Source: Owenia fusiformis (Eukaryota). Taken from it: a DNA stretch of 64,000 bases. Positions 37,384 through 50,700 of this stretch are shown in pieces. A model generated the notes under the pieces. That model was not told where the DNA came from. It did no database searches and was given only the letters and a program-made list of their open reading frames with translations. Both the position numbers and the translations under genes were made by a program. The stretch spans positions 40,796,001-40,860,000 of the forward strand of contig CAIIXF020000001.1 of assembly GCA_903813345.2 (NCBI GenBank), written 5' to 3'. Numbering within the stretch: position 1 is the stretch's first letter; each line of letters opens with the position of its first letter.

Positions 37384-38347
37384 ACAAGACATTAAGTCAG
37401 ATTTGAATTTCTGAGAACTTGTAGATGATAAAGAAAAAATAAATTGGTCAATTTGAAGCAAGTTGAAAAAATATATTTTCTCTATAGTCAGATTTGACCT
37501 TTTGATAACTTGTAGATGATTTTGAAAAAAAATGATTGGACCTTTTTGACATTTTTTGACCTTGAAAAGGTAATTGAAGGTCAAATCTTTTTTGACCTTG
37601 AGAATGTCAAAACTATAGTCAGATTTGAACTTTTGAGAACTTGTAGATATTTTGAAAAAAAAATCAGTCAATTTCAAGCAAGTTGAAAAATGACCCTTTT
37701 TAGCCTTGAGAAGGTCATTGAAGGTCAAATCTCAAATCTAAAGTCAGATTTGAACTTCTGATAATTTGTAGATGATTTGAAAAAATTGGTCGATTTGAAG
37801 CAAGTTGAAATAATACCTTTTTGACCTTTTTTTTACCTTGAAAAGGTCATAAAGGTAAAATCTTTTTTGACCTTGAGAATGTCATTGAATGTCAAAACTA
37901 TAGTCAGATTTGAACTTTTGAGAACATGTAGATGATTTTGGAAAAAAAATTGGTCAATTTGATTCAAATTGAAAAACGTCCTTTTTGACCTTGAGAAGGT
38001 CATTGAAGGTCAAATCTGAAATCTAAAGTCAGATTTGAACTCCTGATAACTTGTAGATGATTTTGAAAAAAAAGATTGGTCAATGTGATGCAAGTTGAAA
38101 AGAGACCTTTTTGACCTTTTTTGACCTTGAAATGTCATTGAAGGTCAAATCTTGAATATAAAGTCAGATTTGAACTTCTGAAAACTTGTAGAAGATTTTG
38201 AAAAAAATTGAAGTGAGTCTAAACAGCATTTGTTAAGTTATTGGAAGTTGTAAGAATTTGTTACAGACACCAACCGCCAACCACCAACCGCTGTCAAAAA
38301 AACGGAGACCATAACAATATGTCACCACTTTTTGGTGGTGACATAAC
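37384..38347 (+). mobile_element. HINE-like element with tandem ~110-150-bp modules, a CCAA/CCGC microsatellite and a 3' hairpin
   Basis: Repeated AAGTCAGATTTGAACTT...TTTTTGACCTTGAGAAGGTCA blocks; CAACCGCCAACCACCAACCG; terminal ATGTCACCAC-TTTT-TGGTGGTGACAT hairpin. Confidence 0.7.
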
Positions 38348-39143
38348 AATAGGCCTACCTGAAATGATCCCTGTCGTTACAAAATACTTTTACAACATTG
38401 GATAACTACAGTAATTTGGCATTAAGGATGTCGTGATAAATGTTGATAATTATAGAAAAATGATTATTTCTTTGCATATTATTTTAAGAAGTGTTGAGAA
38501 GAGTTGTCGCAACATTATACAAAAAAAAACAGGCAAAAAAACAGGCAAAGAATATCACATTTACATTAACACTGAAATTTGAAGAAATTCATCATTTAAA
38601 ATAAAGACCTATGGTAATATTGGCGAACAAAATTAACAGACTTTAACAATTAACATGCTACCCAGTAGGGACTTCCAGTTGCCAAACTTACATGGGGGTT
38701 AAGTATTGTTAAACCGCTGAATGTGGAATATCATTGGTACCTTTAAAGTGGTCCACTTGAGAGGAGTTCAACTTACAAAAGTTGTTTTACTGCACCAATT
38801 CAAAGATATTTGTGTCTGAACATCCCAAATTTCTTAATTTGAGCCCTATATTTATGTGAGGTAGTTACAATTCATGAACAGTCTGCTAAAAGATGACAAA
38901 CCAGTTGTCCTCTGAAAATCAGACATACATGTAGAGATCAATTAAATCTCCTTATCATCATGAGACATTACAGCCTTGTACTACTTTTCTTTTGAAAAAC
39001 CTTTGAGATAATTCAAGACACTTTCATTTTAATGACAATGATGCTCATCATGTGATGTATTAGACTGGGGATTAAGTCTAACTAAATCAGAGCATATTGC
39101 TAATAGCAAAACAGAAAGAGCAATATCAGAATGCAATAACGCA

Positions 39144-39524
39144 AATGCGAGTAGGTAGTTGCCAGTTTAACCACCAGGTGGCTCGCCCTGGTCAGATAGC
39201 ATGGCGGGTATAGTAGAAAGTTCCATGTAACTTAAATTACATAGGTTTTAGTGGTTCAATGTTCATATAGCCCTTATGTATCGAATAGTTATGCAAATTA
39301 AAGTATGTCCAGTAAAAGAAAATGTTATATGTCCAATACAAAAAAAGATATTTCACTTTTTGTGATTTTGTAATATGGGGTCTATGTGGAATCAACTCGA
39401 ACTAGAAGTCACATTTTCAAAAAATATCAAATTTTCAAAGTTGATAAACAATTTTCGAAACCATATTTTTAGATACAGTGTATATATTTAATGACGTAAA
39501 TCAAGATCATTTCTACTCGCATCT
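39144..39524 (+). mobile_element. Dispersed element with ATGCGAGTAG / CTACTCGCAT inverted ends
   Basis: Inverted 10-mers at both ends; homologous to 32876-33065. Confidence 0.65.
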
Positions 39525-41841
39525 AGTCTATTGTATAGTCCCAAGACTACAAAACAAAAACCTTTTAGGCTAAACTGTTACAATGCGACCCAGTTAATCT
39601 CATAACTTATAATATTTGACAGTTGCTTCAACCTTTATTATGAACGTTTTGAACTTTGCAAACAATTGCTGACATTAAGTTTTTGCAGCATTCTTTTCCT
39701 TTGAACTCTACAGTTGGGAAAATGTTCATAAGATAATAGGACAGATACAATGCGTTGGTTTACTAATCTTAAGCAACACTGAAAATTATGTACATGAAGT
39801 CACTTTTACAGTAATCTGCCTTGATATTGCATAATTGAAATATCATGAATAATGTGACAATTGAGTCACATGAAAATTTTAAGTCAGAGTTTGTGTGCTG
39901 TACGATGGCGCAATGTCACCTTAACACTAAGGTTAAGTAAAACGATATGATAAGAAAACAAAACTTGACTATAAAATTTTTTGATACATAAGAGTCACAT
40001 TTTATGACTGAATGGAGTTTTTATCATGTGAAAGTATTTGAAAATGAGCTGAACCTGTCTTGTTACAAAAAGGTCAAAAAGTGTTGGCAAGTGATCACAT
40101 ATGAAGAACTGAATGAACCACAGCCCTAAAATGTGATCTATAGATTCATGTTTATAACATCAGGTTATTAGCAAGTCATGGAATTGTGGCAGTATATAAT
40201 GTGATCAAGGTGACATTTACTCCCACAGTTGACCAAGCATGTGTTTACACAGTGTGTGTTATGTTATGAATAAACTTGACATCCCCTGAAAATCAGCTTA
40301 AGAAGCTGTTATGGAACCTTGAAAACACTCAATTTGATAAATAAAATGAATTATTCTATTTTTACCTGGTTTCATTAATATGAGGCAAGTTATAAAATGA
40401 AATATTAAAAAACAACTGTAAAAGTGAAGGTCATATTAGCTAACCTACTGCCATCTTTCAATAAACTGTCAAACCAATAATGTACTTTAGGATCTAGAGA
40501 TGTGACAGGAAGAGCTCAAAAGATTTTCTAACAGGACAGGTTACTGACAGAATACATTCTGAATTTGAAAACTTAGTGAAGAAATTATTTCTTCTATGAC
40601 ATATATCCTTCAAAAATAAAATAGAATCAAAATGTACCTTTCAGAAAGTTATTATTTTCTTTCGTTCCATTCCAGCCAAATATGAAAATATTTTGTTCTA
40701 TGATTCCACTTATGACAGAATGAGATGGAGTTTTTATGTACAGACTCGTTGTCCCTTTAATTTATTAAATATAACCTCTGACAATGCAAGCACTACAGTA
40801 TAGTAGTGTTTGAAAAAAGCTAACATAAGTTCTATTTCTTGTAACCTAATAACAAAAAATTAACATGTTATAATCCCTGCATTCATATTATTTGTTTCAG
40901 AATAATCTGATATGAACTGATATTAATAAAATATAATTATAATCTGTAAATGTATTATCACCTAATCATATCTAATTTGTTCTATTACTAAAATTGATAA
41001 ACTGAGTTACAAAATTAAAATGACGGCTCAGTCTGTAAGTCTACTTCCTATTTCAACTCAATATACTTCGAGACATTGTAGAGGTTGAATGATGAAAATC
41101 ATGTTTCGTTAAATTACCATGGGTCATTTCAAAAGTTCTACTCTAAGTTCTACATGAAATCTTGTGAGCTGTGAGACGACCCAATCACTTTAACAAAACA
41201 TTTTTGTTAAAGTGATTTTTTAATAGTAAGCTCAAAAAACGATTTTTACTCATGTTAGCCATTACCACTGATAGACCTAGATGTACTATTTATGAAATAT
41301 CAGTAGAACTTAAATGTAAAACATATGAGATGACAGTAAATCATAACTACACATTCTGAAAGGTTTGGATTATTCTGTACATCTGTATAGACACAATGTA
41401 AGATATTGCACACTTGTCTTTCAGCATACAATTACATATATACAAATTACAATATGTACAACTATACATAATACACCAATGTATAATGCTTTTTTAAAAA
41501 TTCTAAAAATACATTCCCTTTATGTCACAGTTCTCACTGCTCAAAAAAGCATTATACAACTGGCTGTATTTTCATATATTTCTGTCAAGCAATGGAATAG
41601 TTTGTTATAAAAAGTACACTTTACGCTTCATTCACATTATTACAAATCAGTAGAGAAATTGTAAAAATTTTGAAACATATTGTACAATATTTCAACTCTA
41701 TTCAGTATTCACACATTTTCCTCATGTCATATTTGGCTTAAGGTGGACCTAGAGGAACAAATTTTGAACATATCTGCTCATGACCTCAACATGCAAGATA
41801 TTGACCAGATAACTCATTCTATTGAGCCTACCTTAATAAAT

Positions 41842-42092
41842 GAGCCAGGCCACAGGAAAGGGGGTCTTATCACAGATTTTTTCAATATTCTGATTTTTTG
41901 TTTATCTTAAATAGCACAAAGAAACCTTTCAAATGAGCTATGGCTTATGTCCTAACAATTTTTCCTTGCATATATAGACCAAAAAATCAGATCTGAATTT
42001 AGCATATTTTCCTCTTAATCATAGCCACATTTTTGGCTCTGTAGCACAATTTTAATTTTTGTGATTAGACCGGTTTTCCCATGGCCAGGCTC
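41842..42092. mobile_element. Sola-like MITE (GAG...CTC ends, 4-bp TSD)
   Basis: Imperfect ~33-bp TIRs GAGCCAGGCCACAGGAAA...GGTCTTATCACA / TGTGATTAGACC...TTCCCATGGCCAGGCTC; AAAT duplicated at 41838-41841 and 42093-42096. Confidence 0.65.
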
Positions 42093-43324
42093 AAATTATG
42101 AATGTTTGACAAAGAAAGGTCAGGAAAGCATGTCTTCAAGAAAAAGGTTGAAACATCATATGTTAAGCCATGAAAATATAGATATGTTTCAGGTCACCAG
42201 GGTGGGAAAAAAGATTTCAAGAAGGAAGAATTAACCATATCTACCATTTCGATTTCTAATATGATATCCTATTTGATAATATGAAATACTTTCAAGAGAA
42301 ACAATTGCAAACTTATTTTCAAAACTCACATTCAGTTTTTACTATTTCATTATTCTTTAGAATATGGAATGAAAAACAAATATAACCATTAAGAAAAATT
42401 TGGTTGGCTGACAGGTCTCAAACCTGACACCCTAGTGACCAAAAACAATTGTACATACGATAAACATTTAACATTTAGTGGCCAATAGTGGGAATCTCAA
42501 TAACTCATTGCAATCATATAATAACTGGGTTAGTCATTGATCAGTGAAAAGTGGATATTATATCACTTGACCAGTGGATCATTTCAAAATGTATATCAAG
42601 ATATCATCACATCAATAGTCCACGTTTGACCAGTAAATACTGATGCACTATAATGATTGTATGGTTTTATCTATATACAGCTATTTGCTGAGACTCAAAT
42701 TACCTGCAGAGGCCTGGCTCTACGACTATTTACCACACCATTAACAAATATTAAAAATCTATAAATTTGTTTGAAGCAAGAAGTTTTTTAGTTTGCAGTA
42801 GAATACAAGATGAGAGATTTTACAAAAAATCATATCACATTAATACATTTATAATAGCTCTACATGAAGCCCTATGTCCCCCACTCTGTAAAGCTCAGTG
42901 AGAGGCCAGAGACTTAATGCAAAAGTACAATTAAATTAATACCTCTAGAAGAGTACACACACTTTCAGTGACATTTACTGGGTTAGAATGTGCAGGGACT
43001 TACTATACAGGCATACTATATGGTAAATTGCCTGCTGTAATGTGTTATTTCACATTTCATGTAGATTTTGTTTAATTTTTGAATTAAAAACCACCCACAG
43101 ATGGTTCATAAATTTTAATCGTGCTCTACAAGAAATAAGATGATTTTTATGTGAATGCACTCTGTGTGGGTTGATAATTTCACCTATATTTCAGTTGGAC
43201 CTTTCATGCACCAGCTGAAACAAAGAGAACAAAGAAACCATGGCTTAAGATTGCTTTGATTACCATGCCAATTATATTGAGAATCATTCCCTGCAACCCT
43301 TGTTTCAATACTTAAAATGTGCAA

Positions 43325-43906
43325 ACTACTCAGCAGAGTAGCAAATCCCACCATTTAGTTATAAAAAAAATAAAGATGGCCATATTGGAAACTCTTCCTT
43401 GGACAGATTTCTATGTCCACAAGGCACAAGCATATAAAATTTGATCTAAATCTGTCAACTGTTTTTTGGTTAGCAAACATTACATTTTTTAACAAAAAAT
43501 TGTGACCATTTTGAAATTAGCGGTCATATTGGAAACTCTTTCTTGAGCAGAGATCCTCTGCCCATAGGATATTAGCCTATAAGGACCAAATCCAATCACC
43601 CATATTTAAGTAATTAATAATTACTTTTTTCTTGAAAAATGGCAGCCATTTTGAACTGGGCAGCCATCTTAAAAATTCCTTCTTGAGCAGAGTCCTATGT
43701 CCCTAATGCATTAGCTTTTGAAATTCAGACATCAGCATATAAAGTTCTATCAACTGGTATTTGAGTTATCAATTTTGAATTGAGCAAAATTTTAACCAAA
43801 TCCATCAACTGGTATTTGATCACCCGGACACATGAACAAAAGGACAGACAGCCAAACGGAGGGACAGCTTCTATATATCCCTACAAACTTCCTTTAGTGG
43901 GATAAC
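43325..43906 (+). mobile_element. HINE-like element, third family (AAAATGGCGGCCATNTTGAA modules)
   Basis: 5' CTACTCAGCAGAGTAG hairpin, ~140-bp repeated modules, GACA/CGGA microsatellite, 3' TATCCC...GGGATA hairpin; a decayed relative lies at ~55270-55790. Confidence 0.6.
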
Positions 43907-44612
43907 TAAGGCCTTGATCTATGTGACATACATCCATACAGACAGACGGATACATAATTTAAAAGTAAGTTTTTTCTCAATGTCTACCCAGGGGTTGTAT
44001 ATTCAATACTCTACTAATTTACAAATAAGCTTGTGCGAGGTTTAAATATGTCCTTAGGGATTAGGTCTATATTTCAATACTGTCATTAAACATGAGTAAT
44101 AAGTAATTACTTTTAGATTCACACCTTAACCCTCCCCCAGAGACAACTGTAATTGTTATTTTCAGGAAACAACTTTTACCCACTCCAAAATATTACTTAT
44201 TATGTGACAAATAGTGATATATATACCTTTTCCATTTTAAGACTTATTATTTACATGGAATACATCCTTCTATCTCTCAAATCATTGACTTCTATCACAC
44301 TGTTGACATTTGAGCTTTAAATAGAATTAATCCCCGATTAACATTCTAAAAATTCTAAAATTTTTCACAACAGAGGAAAGGTTGAGCTATAAAACAGTAA
44401 AACTTCCAAAACAATGATCATTTTCAAACTACTTATCCATGAATGTTTTTATTTGCAATTATGTTATAATTACTTCATAATAAAATTTGGTTCAAATTGT
44501 CATCTTTTATTCAGTTATTCCATTGATTATCGCATCATCTAATACTGGGATAATTTCCTCTTCATCAATTCCATCACCTTTGACTATCACATGAATCCTA
44601 TGTTTAATGTCA

Positions 44613-44759
44613 TCATTGCCATAAATTGGTTGATAGAGTTTGTCCCTGGGGAGCCCCTCCCCAACTGGCCCCTGTTGGGCCCCCAACCATGCCTGGCTGT
44701 TGTTGTGTGTATCCCCCTACACCTCCACCTAGCTTCATAGATGCCATCTGGTTCTGGAC
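44613..44759 (-). CDS. SMAP1: SMAP exon 10 (last coding exon)
   Basis: [51 protein letters not shown]; poly-T CAG acceptor. Confidence 0.93.
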   Translation of the reverse strand, partial: VQNQMASMKLGGGVGGYTQQQPGMVGGPTGASWGGAPQGQTLSTNLWQ

Positions 44760-47700
44760 CTGAAAAAAAAAAAATCAATAGTTAATTTGTGATGTGCATT
44801 TAATAAGTATGAAAACATCGTATTTAATCATCACAGTGTCTTTATTGTGGTTAAATGATACCGTATATTCTACCCGCATTTCGTCAACTAACCACAAATC
44901 AGGTACTTCCTTTCTGCGGTTAATCACTCCCACAACAAAACAACATTCACTCGTTATACTTCATTGAACAACATCCAGTCTATTTTTTAAATAAACGTCA
45001 AATGATTATTCTATTAATAGGTCTTTGGTTAAATGCAAAATATTAGTGCTACAATCTTTATTTTCATGATAATCACATAACATTATGACACAGAGGTTTT
45101 CAGGTTAACCAAGTTGCCTGAAATTATAAATATCTACATTCACTTGATTCAGGAAATGATATCTCACCATTGTGAAGCAGTCTCAGATTACAATGTTAGG
45201 ATTATAAATTCAACAGTCAACTCCTGCATATGTCAATGATATAAGCTGTATAAAATAATTATACTACTCTAATATACAGTAAGTCTGTTGAAATTATACT
45301 TTGTCATTGATCCTCTCACCCATTGTCTTATTGACTTTATAGTTTATACTACACTATCATGCTAAACCATTTAGTTCAATCTTACGCATTGCGCAACAGG
45401 AACTCTAATACAGCATTTAAGCAATTAGCAACTAATCACAAAAATAACAAAATTCATCATATTAATATAAGAATACCAGGACAATGAACGCTCAATCTCA
45501 ATATTGACTTCTACACTAAGAGTTTACTGACTCCTGACTCACACTAATATACATCACATCGGAACACTATGACAATGGTAAAGTCAGATACCGTTGACAT
45601 AAATGGCGGCCACAGGTTTCTATTCCATTCATGTGTACATGTAAATAGAATCATCATGAAACCCGTAATAGTTTCCTACCTGTTGGAAATTCTGTTGCTG
45701 ATTCTGTTGGGGCATATTGTACATATTATTTTGCATCATTCCTCCACCCATTTGCTGCTGTCCCATATTTTGCAGTCCCATATTTTGTTGCCCCATTTGT
45801 TGTTGACCTACCCCCATCATATTTTGATGAGCCATGTTATTCTGCATCATGTTCTGCTGCTGCAATAAATTAATTAATTCGATCTTACAAATACTATTTA
45901 GTCACTATAGGTCCTCAAAGACAGTTTGAAAAGAGAATTTAGCTTGATATGATGAATACTTGTATATAGAAAAATGTACCAAATAGCCATGTTTTCCTTT
46001 ATAATTTTTAGTTTAATTTATAACTATAATTCACAGAGGAAGCCAATCAACCATCCAGTAGTAGCCACCATCATCAGACAAGTCCTTAAACGTCAAAATA
46101 TATATTTTGCCGAATCTGTGATGTTTCTTAAATTTCAGATGTTACCAAGTTAGTTAGTAAGGAGAATGATAGAAATATAAGATGGACATAATTTTCGAAA
46201 CAGTCTATTTTTTGTTTACCTGCATGGCCTGCATGTTGTTTGCCATCATCATGTTACCCTGGCCCTGCATCATGCCTTGGCTGACTTGGGGCTGCTGCAT
46301 CATGCCTTGACTGACTTGAGGCTGCTGCATCATACCTTGGTTAGCCATCATACCATTCTGCATGGCGTACTGCTGTTGTTGCTGTTGCGGCATTCCGTAC
46401 ATACCTTGCTGGATGCCAGGCTGTTGTTGCTGTTGAGGTACATACACTCCACCTGGAAGCCAAGAAAAGTCAATTATCACAATATGATAACCATGTACAA
46501 GGCATTAACAAGTCAACATGTTACAACCTGGTAAGTTATTGCAAAAAGTGTAACAATTTGTTACAGCCACTGACCAAAAATGCTAAATGACACACAAAAT
46601 GGTGGCTTTAACAACATGTCACATTAGTCTGTGGTGACATTGTTATGATGAAATACACACAAAATTATGGCTTTAACAACATGTCACATTAATTGGTGGT
46701 GACATTGTTATGATGAAATACACACAAAATTGTGGCTTTAACAACATGTCACATTAGTCGGTGGTGACATTATTATGATGAAATATACACAAAATTGTGG
46801 CTTTAACAACATGTCACATTAGTCGGTGGTGACATTGTTATGATGAAATACACACAAAATGGTGGCTTTAACAACATGTCACATTAGTCGGTGGTGACAT
46901 TGTTATGATGAAATACACACAAAATGGTGGCTTTAACAACATGTCACATTAATTGGTGGTGACATTGTTATGATGAAATACACACAAAATGGTGGCTTTA
47001 ACAACATGTCACATTAGTCGGTGGTGACATTGTTATGATGAAATACACACAAAATGGTGGCTTTAACAACATGTCACATTAATTGGTGGTGACATTGTTA
47101 TGATGAAACACACACAAAATGGTGGGTTTAACAACATGTCACATAAGTCGGTGGTGACATTGTTATGATGAAATACACACAAAATGGTGGCTTTAACAAC
47201 ATGTCACATTAGTCTGTGGTGACATTGTTATGATGAAATACACACACAATTGTGGCTTTAACAACATGTCACATTAGTCGGTGGTGACATTGTTATGATG
47301 AAATACACACAAAATGGTGGCTTTAACAACATGTCACATTAATTGGTGGTGACATTGTTATGATGAAATACACACAAAATGGTGGCTTTAACAACATGTC
47401 ACATTAGTCGGTGGTGACATTGTTATGATGAAATACACACTAGGGGGAGATATCAACTTGGTTACAAAAATGACATTACACATTTAAGTAATATTGTGAT
47501 TTTACAATTAAAGCATGTACCAAAATTGACAACTCACTAACGAGAAAATATTTATGTAATACTATTGATTCTAACCAATTATTGACGAGAAAATAGTTAC
47601 GTAGTATTATTGATTCTAACCAATTATTGACATGTTGTGAACCTGTAAAACATTAGTGTGTCTGTACCACGTGGATTTATGGCACATGGCATCAAAGAGT

Positions 47701-50700
47701 GCATGATTATATATCTTGGCACAATTGGACTGATATTATTCTTAGATAATCACTTCATTAATCATATGCATCATACAGTCATATGTTGGAACATAAAATA
47801 TAATTTCCAAGTCTTTATTATCACATAAACCGAATTATGTATTAGTACTACTTTAAGGATCAACCAAATCAATTTTATTTAAAACCATTTTAAATGATCA
47901 ATATGAAGATGGATAATAGAAAGATATAATTTAAAAGGCAACAGGCTTCAATATGCATCCACCTTTACTTGACATGTCTAGATCATTTTATTGTGTCTGA
48001 ATTGTGTCTCATTTTTCATGTTCAGGCAATCATTATATAATTCCATTCAGTATGATTATAGTAGCATATATAATTACATATATGTATGATCTATTCTGAT
48101 TTTGAAAGCCTGATTGATCAAGATCAAATATCAGAATTAAATACAGCCAGAATTCTAGTCAATTGATAGATTAAAGAGGCAGCTGCAGAACTTTACAAAA
48201 TGACAATAAAATTGAGGGGATACAAACATGGATTACTAAGTAGATAGGTTTACAAGCAAATACAGAACAAGACACACAGTGATAAATATCGCACTTTGAA
48301 GAGCAAACTGGCCACCATGCAATTCACCCAGCATGGCCAAAACCTAATCAGACCTTGGCACTAGTCTGCTCTTGAATCTGTAAACATTTCAAGTTGACAA
48401 GGTTAGCGGTTTTCCTGCAATTTTGATGACAAGAATTTATTTGTAGTCTTGAACTTTGGGAAAATTTAGATAACATTGTTTGTGACCTAATTTGATGACA
48501 TTCGACCTTGAAAATTTAACTTTTTCAGACCTCAGTAGGTGTTTTGTAATTAAGCTGAACTAAATTTAAATCCAAAATATCAATTTAGAAAATCAACTTT
48601 TTGACCTTTTCAAGGCCACTGAAGGTGAACGAAAGGTCAAATCTGAAATCTAAGGTCAGATTTGAACTTCTGAGAACTTGTAGATGTTTTTTTTAAAAAA
48701 AATTGGTCAATTTGGAGCAAGTTGAAAAATTCAAAATGGCCGCCAAATTGAAAAATTCAAAATGGCCACCATGTAATTCAGCCAGCATACCCAAAACCTA
48801 ATCAGATCTTGGCAATAGTCTGCTCTTGCATCTGTAAAAATTTCAAGTTGAACGGATAAGTGGTTTTCCTGGAATTTTGATGGCAAGATTTGTTGAAAAA
48901 TTCAAGATGGCCGCAACGTAGTTTACCCAGCATGCCCTAAACCTAATCAGATCTTGGCACTAGTCTGTTATTGCATGTGTAAAAATTTCAAGTTGAACAG
49001 GTTAGCGGTTTTCTTGGAATTTTGATGACAAGAATTGATTTGTAGTCTCAAACTTTGAGAAACTTGGATAACATCATTTGTGACCTAGTTTAATGACCTT
49101 GACCTTCGACCTTGAAAATTTCACTTTTTCAGACCTCAGTAGGTGTTTTGTAATTAAGCTGACCTAAATTTAAATCCAAAATATCAATTTAGAAAATCAA
49201 CTTTTTTACCTTTTCAAGGTCACTGAAGGTGAATGAAAGGTCAAATCTGAAATCTAAGGTCAGATTTGAACTTTTGAGAACTTGTAGATGTTTTTAAAAA
49301 AAAAATTTGGTCAATTTGGAGAAAGTTGAAAAATTCAAAATGGCCGCCAAATTAAAAAATTCAAAATGGCCACCATGTAATTCAGCCAGCATACCCAAAA
49401 CCTAATCAGATCTTGGCAATAGTCTGCTCTTGCATCTGTAAAAATTTCAAGTTGAACGGATAAGTGGTTTTCCTGGAATTTTGATGACAAGATTTGTTGA
49501 AAAATTCAAAATGGCCGCCACATAGTTTACCCAGCATGCCCTTAACCTAATCAGATCTTGGTACTAGTCTGCTCTTGCATCTGTAAAAATTTCAAGTTGA
49601 ACAGGTAAGCAGTTATCCTGGAAATTTGATGACAAGATTTGGTTTATGTCCCGCCCACCCGCCCAACAGCACAAGACGACGACAATATAGCACTTTTTCA
49701 AAGTGCGATAAAAAGTGTATTGTCAACAGTTGGTTTGACTTAACCTCCTTTTTGAATGAATTAAAGAAATCAAATCTAATTTTCAGTAAGTGATATAATT
49801 AAAATGTCTTCAACGAGTAAAATGTTGTTTTTTAAGTTGATATTTCCAATAATTATTATAAAAGACAGTATTAAATTATAAATTATTAAAAAGTATAGGG
49901 TATGCTATGTTATTATTGAATTTAATTCAATAATAATTATTATACATTATATAATTATTATAACTAATAATTTATTAGTTGTGTTAATTACCTCCTATCC
50001 CATACATGTCATTGGCCATACCAGCTACAAAAAACATGATCAATAAATCAATATGTCAATACTGAATTAACAAATGTTATATTACCCAACACCATATAAT
50101 AATCCATCACCAGCAAGAAAGCAAAATGAATTTATTAACAAAGTCCATGTTATTTTGATAAAGAGTTCAGGTATGACATTTTACCGAGAAATATCAGCCC
50201 AATTGCTCTAGCACTTCACCATGACATTAAAAATATTCTTTAAAAATAAAACAAAGCGAAGATGCGTTTTGATACAGTAAATGTTTTTATTTGTATTCAG
50301 AGAATCTCATATACTTATTAGAAGCATTTTTGTAAAAAGTTGTAATAGAAAAACGATCTTTTAGAGTACTATATTGGACTTCAGAATCAGAACTGGCTTC
50401 CAATAAAATTCCTGCAGAAGGATGATAGATTCGGCCATTGCCTGGGGTTGCCTGAGATAAGCAATTTTTCAGTTAAAAATAAATTCTTGATATTTCTTGA
50501 AATAATGTCAGACTCAGGCGCTTTACCAACAAAAAAGATCTTCCAACTCCCTGATTGTAATCCCAACATTGTATTATAATTTGAGATGCATGTAGATAGT
50601 GATAATTATGAAATTAAGAAAATTAGGACACTACATTTCCAGTTATACTTATCCATACAATGTAAACTTAAAATAACAAATATAAAAATAGCTGCCATTT

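Noticed and set aside
46591..47440. CRISPR-like appearance (palindromic repeats at regular spacing)
   Set aside because: The intervening sequences are identical rather than unique spacers, there are no cas genes, and the context is a eukaryotic intron.
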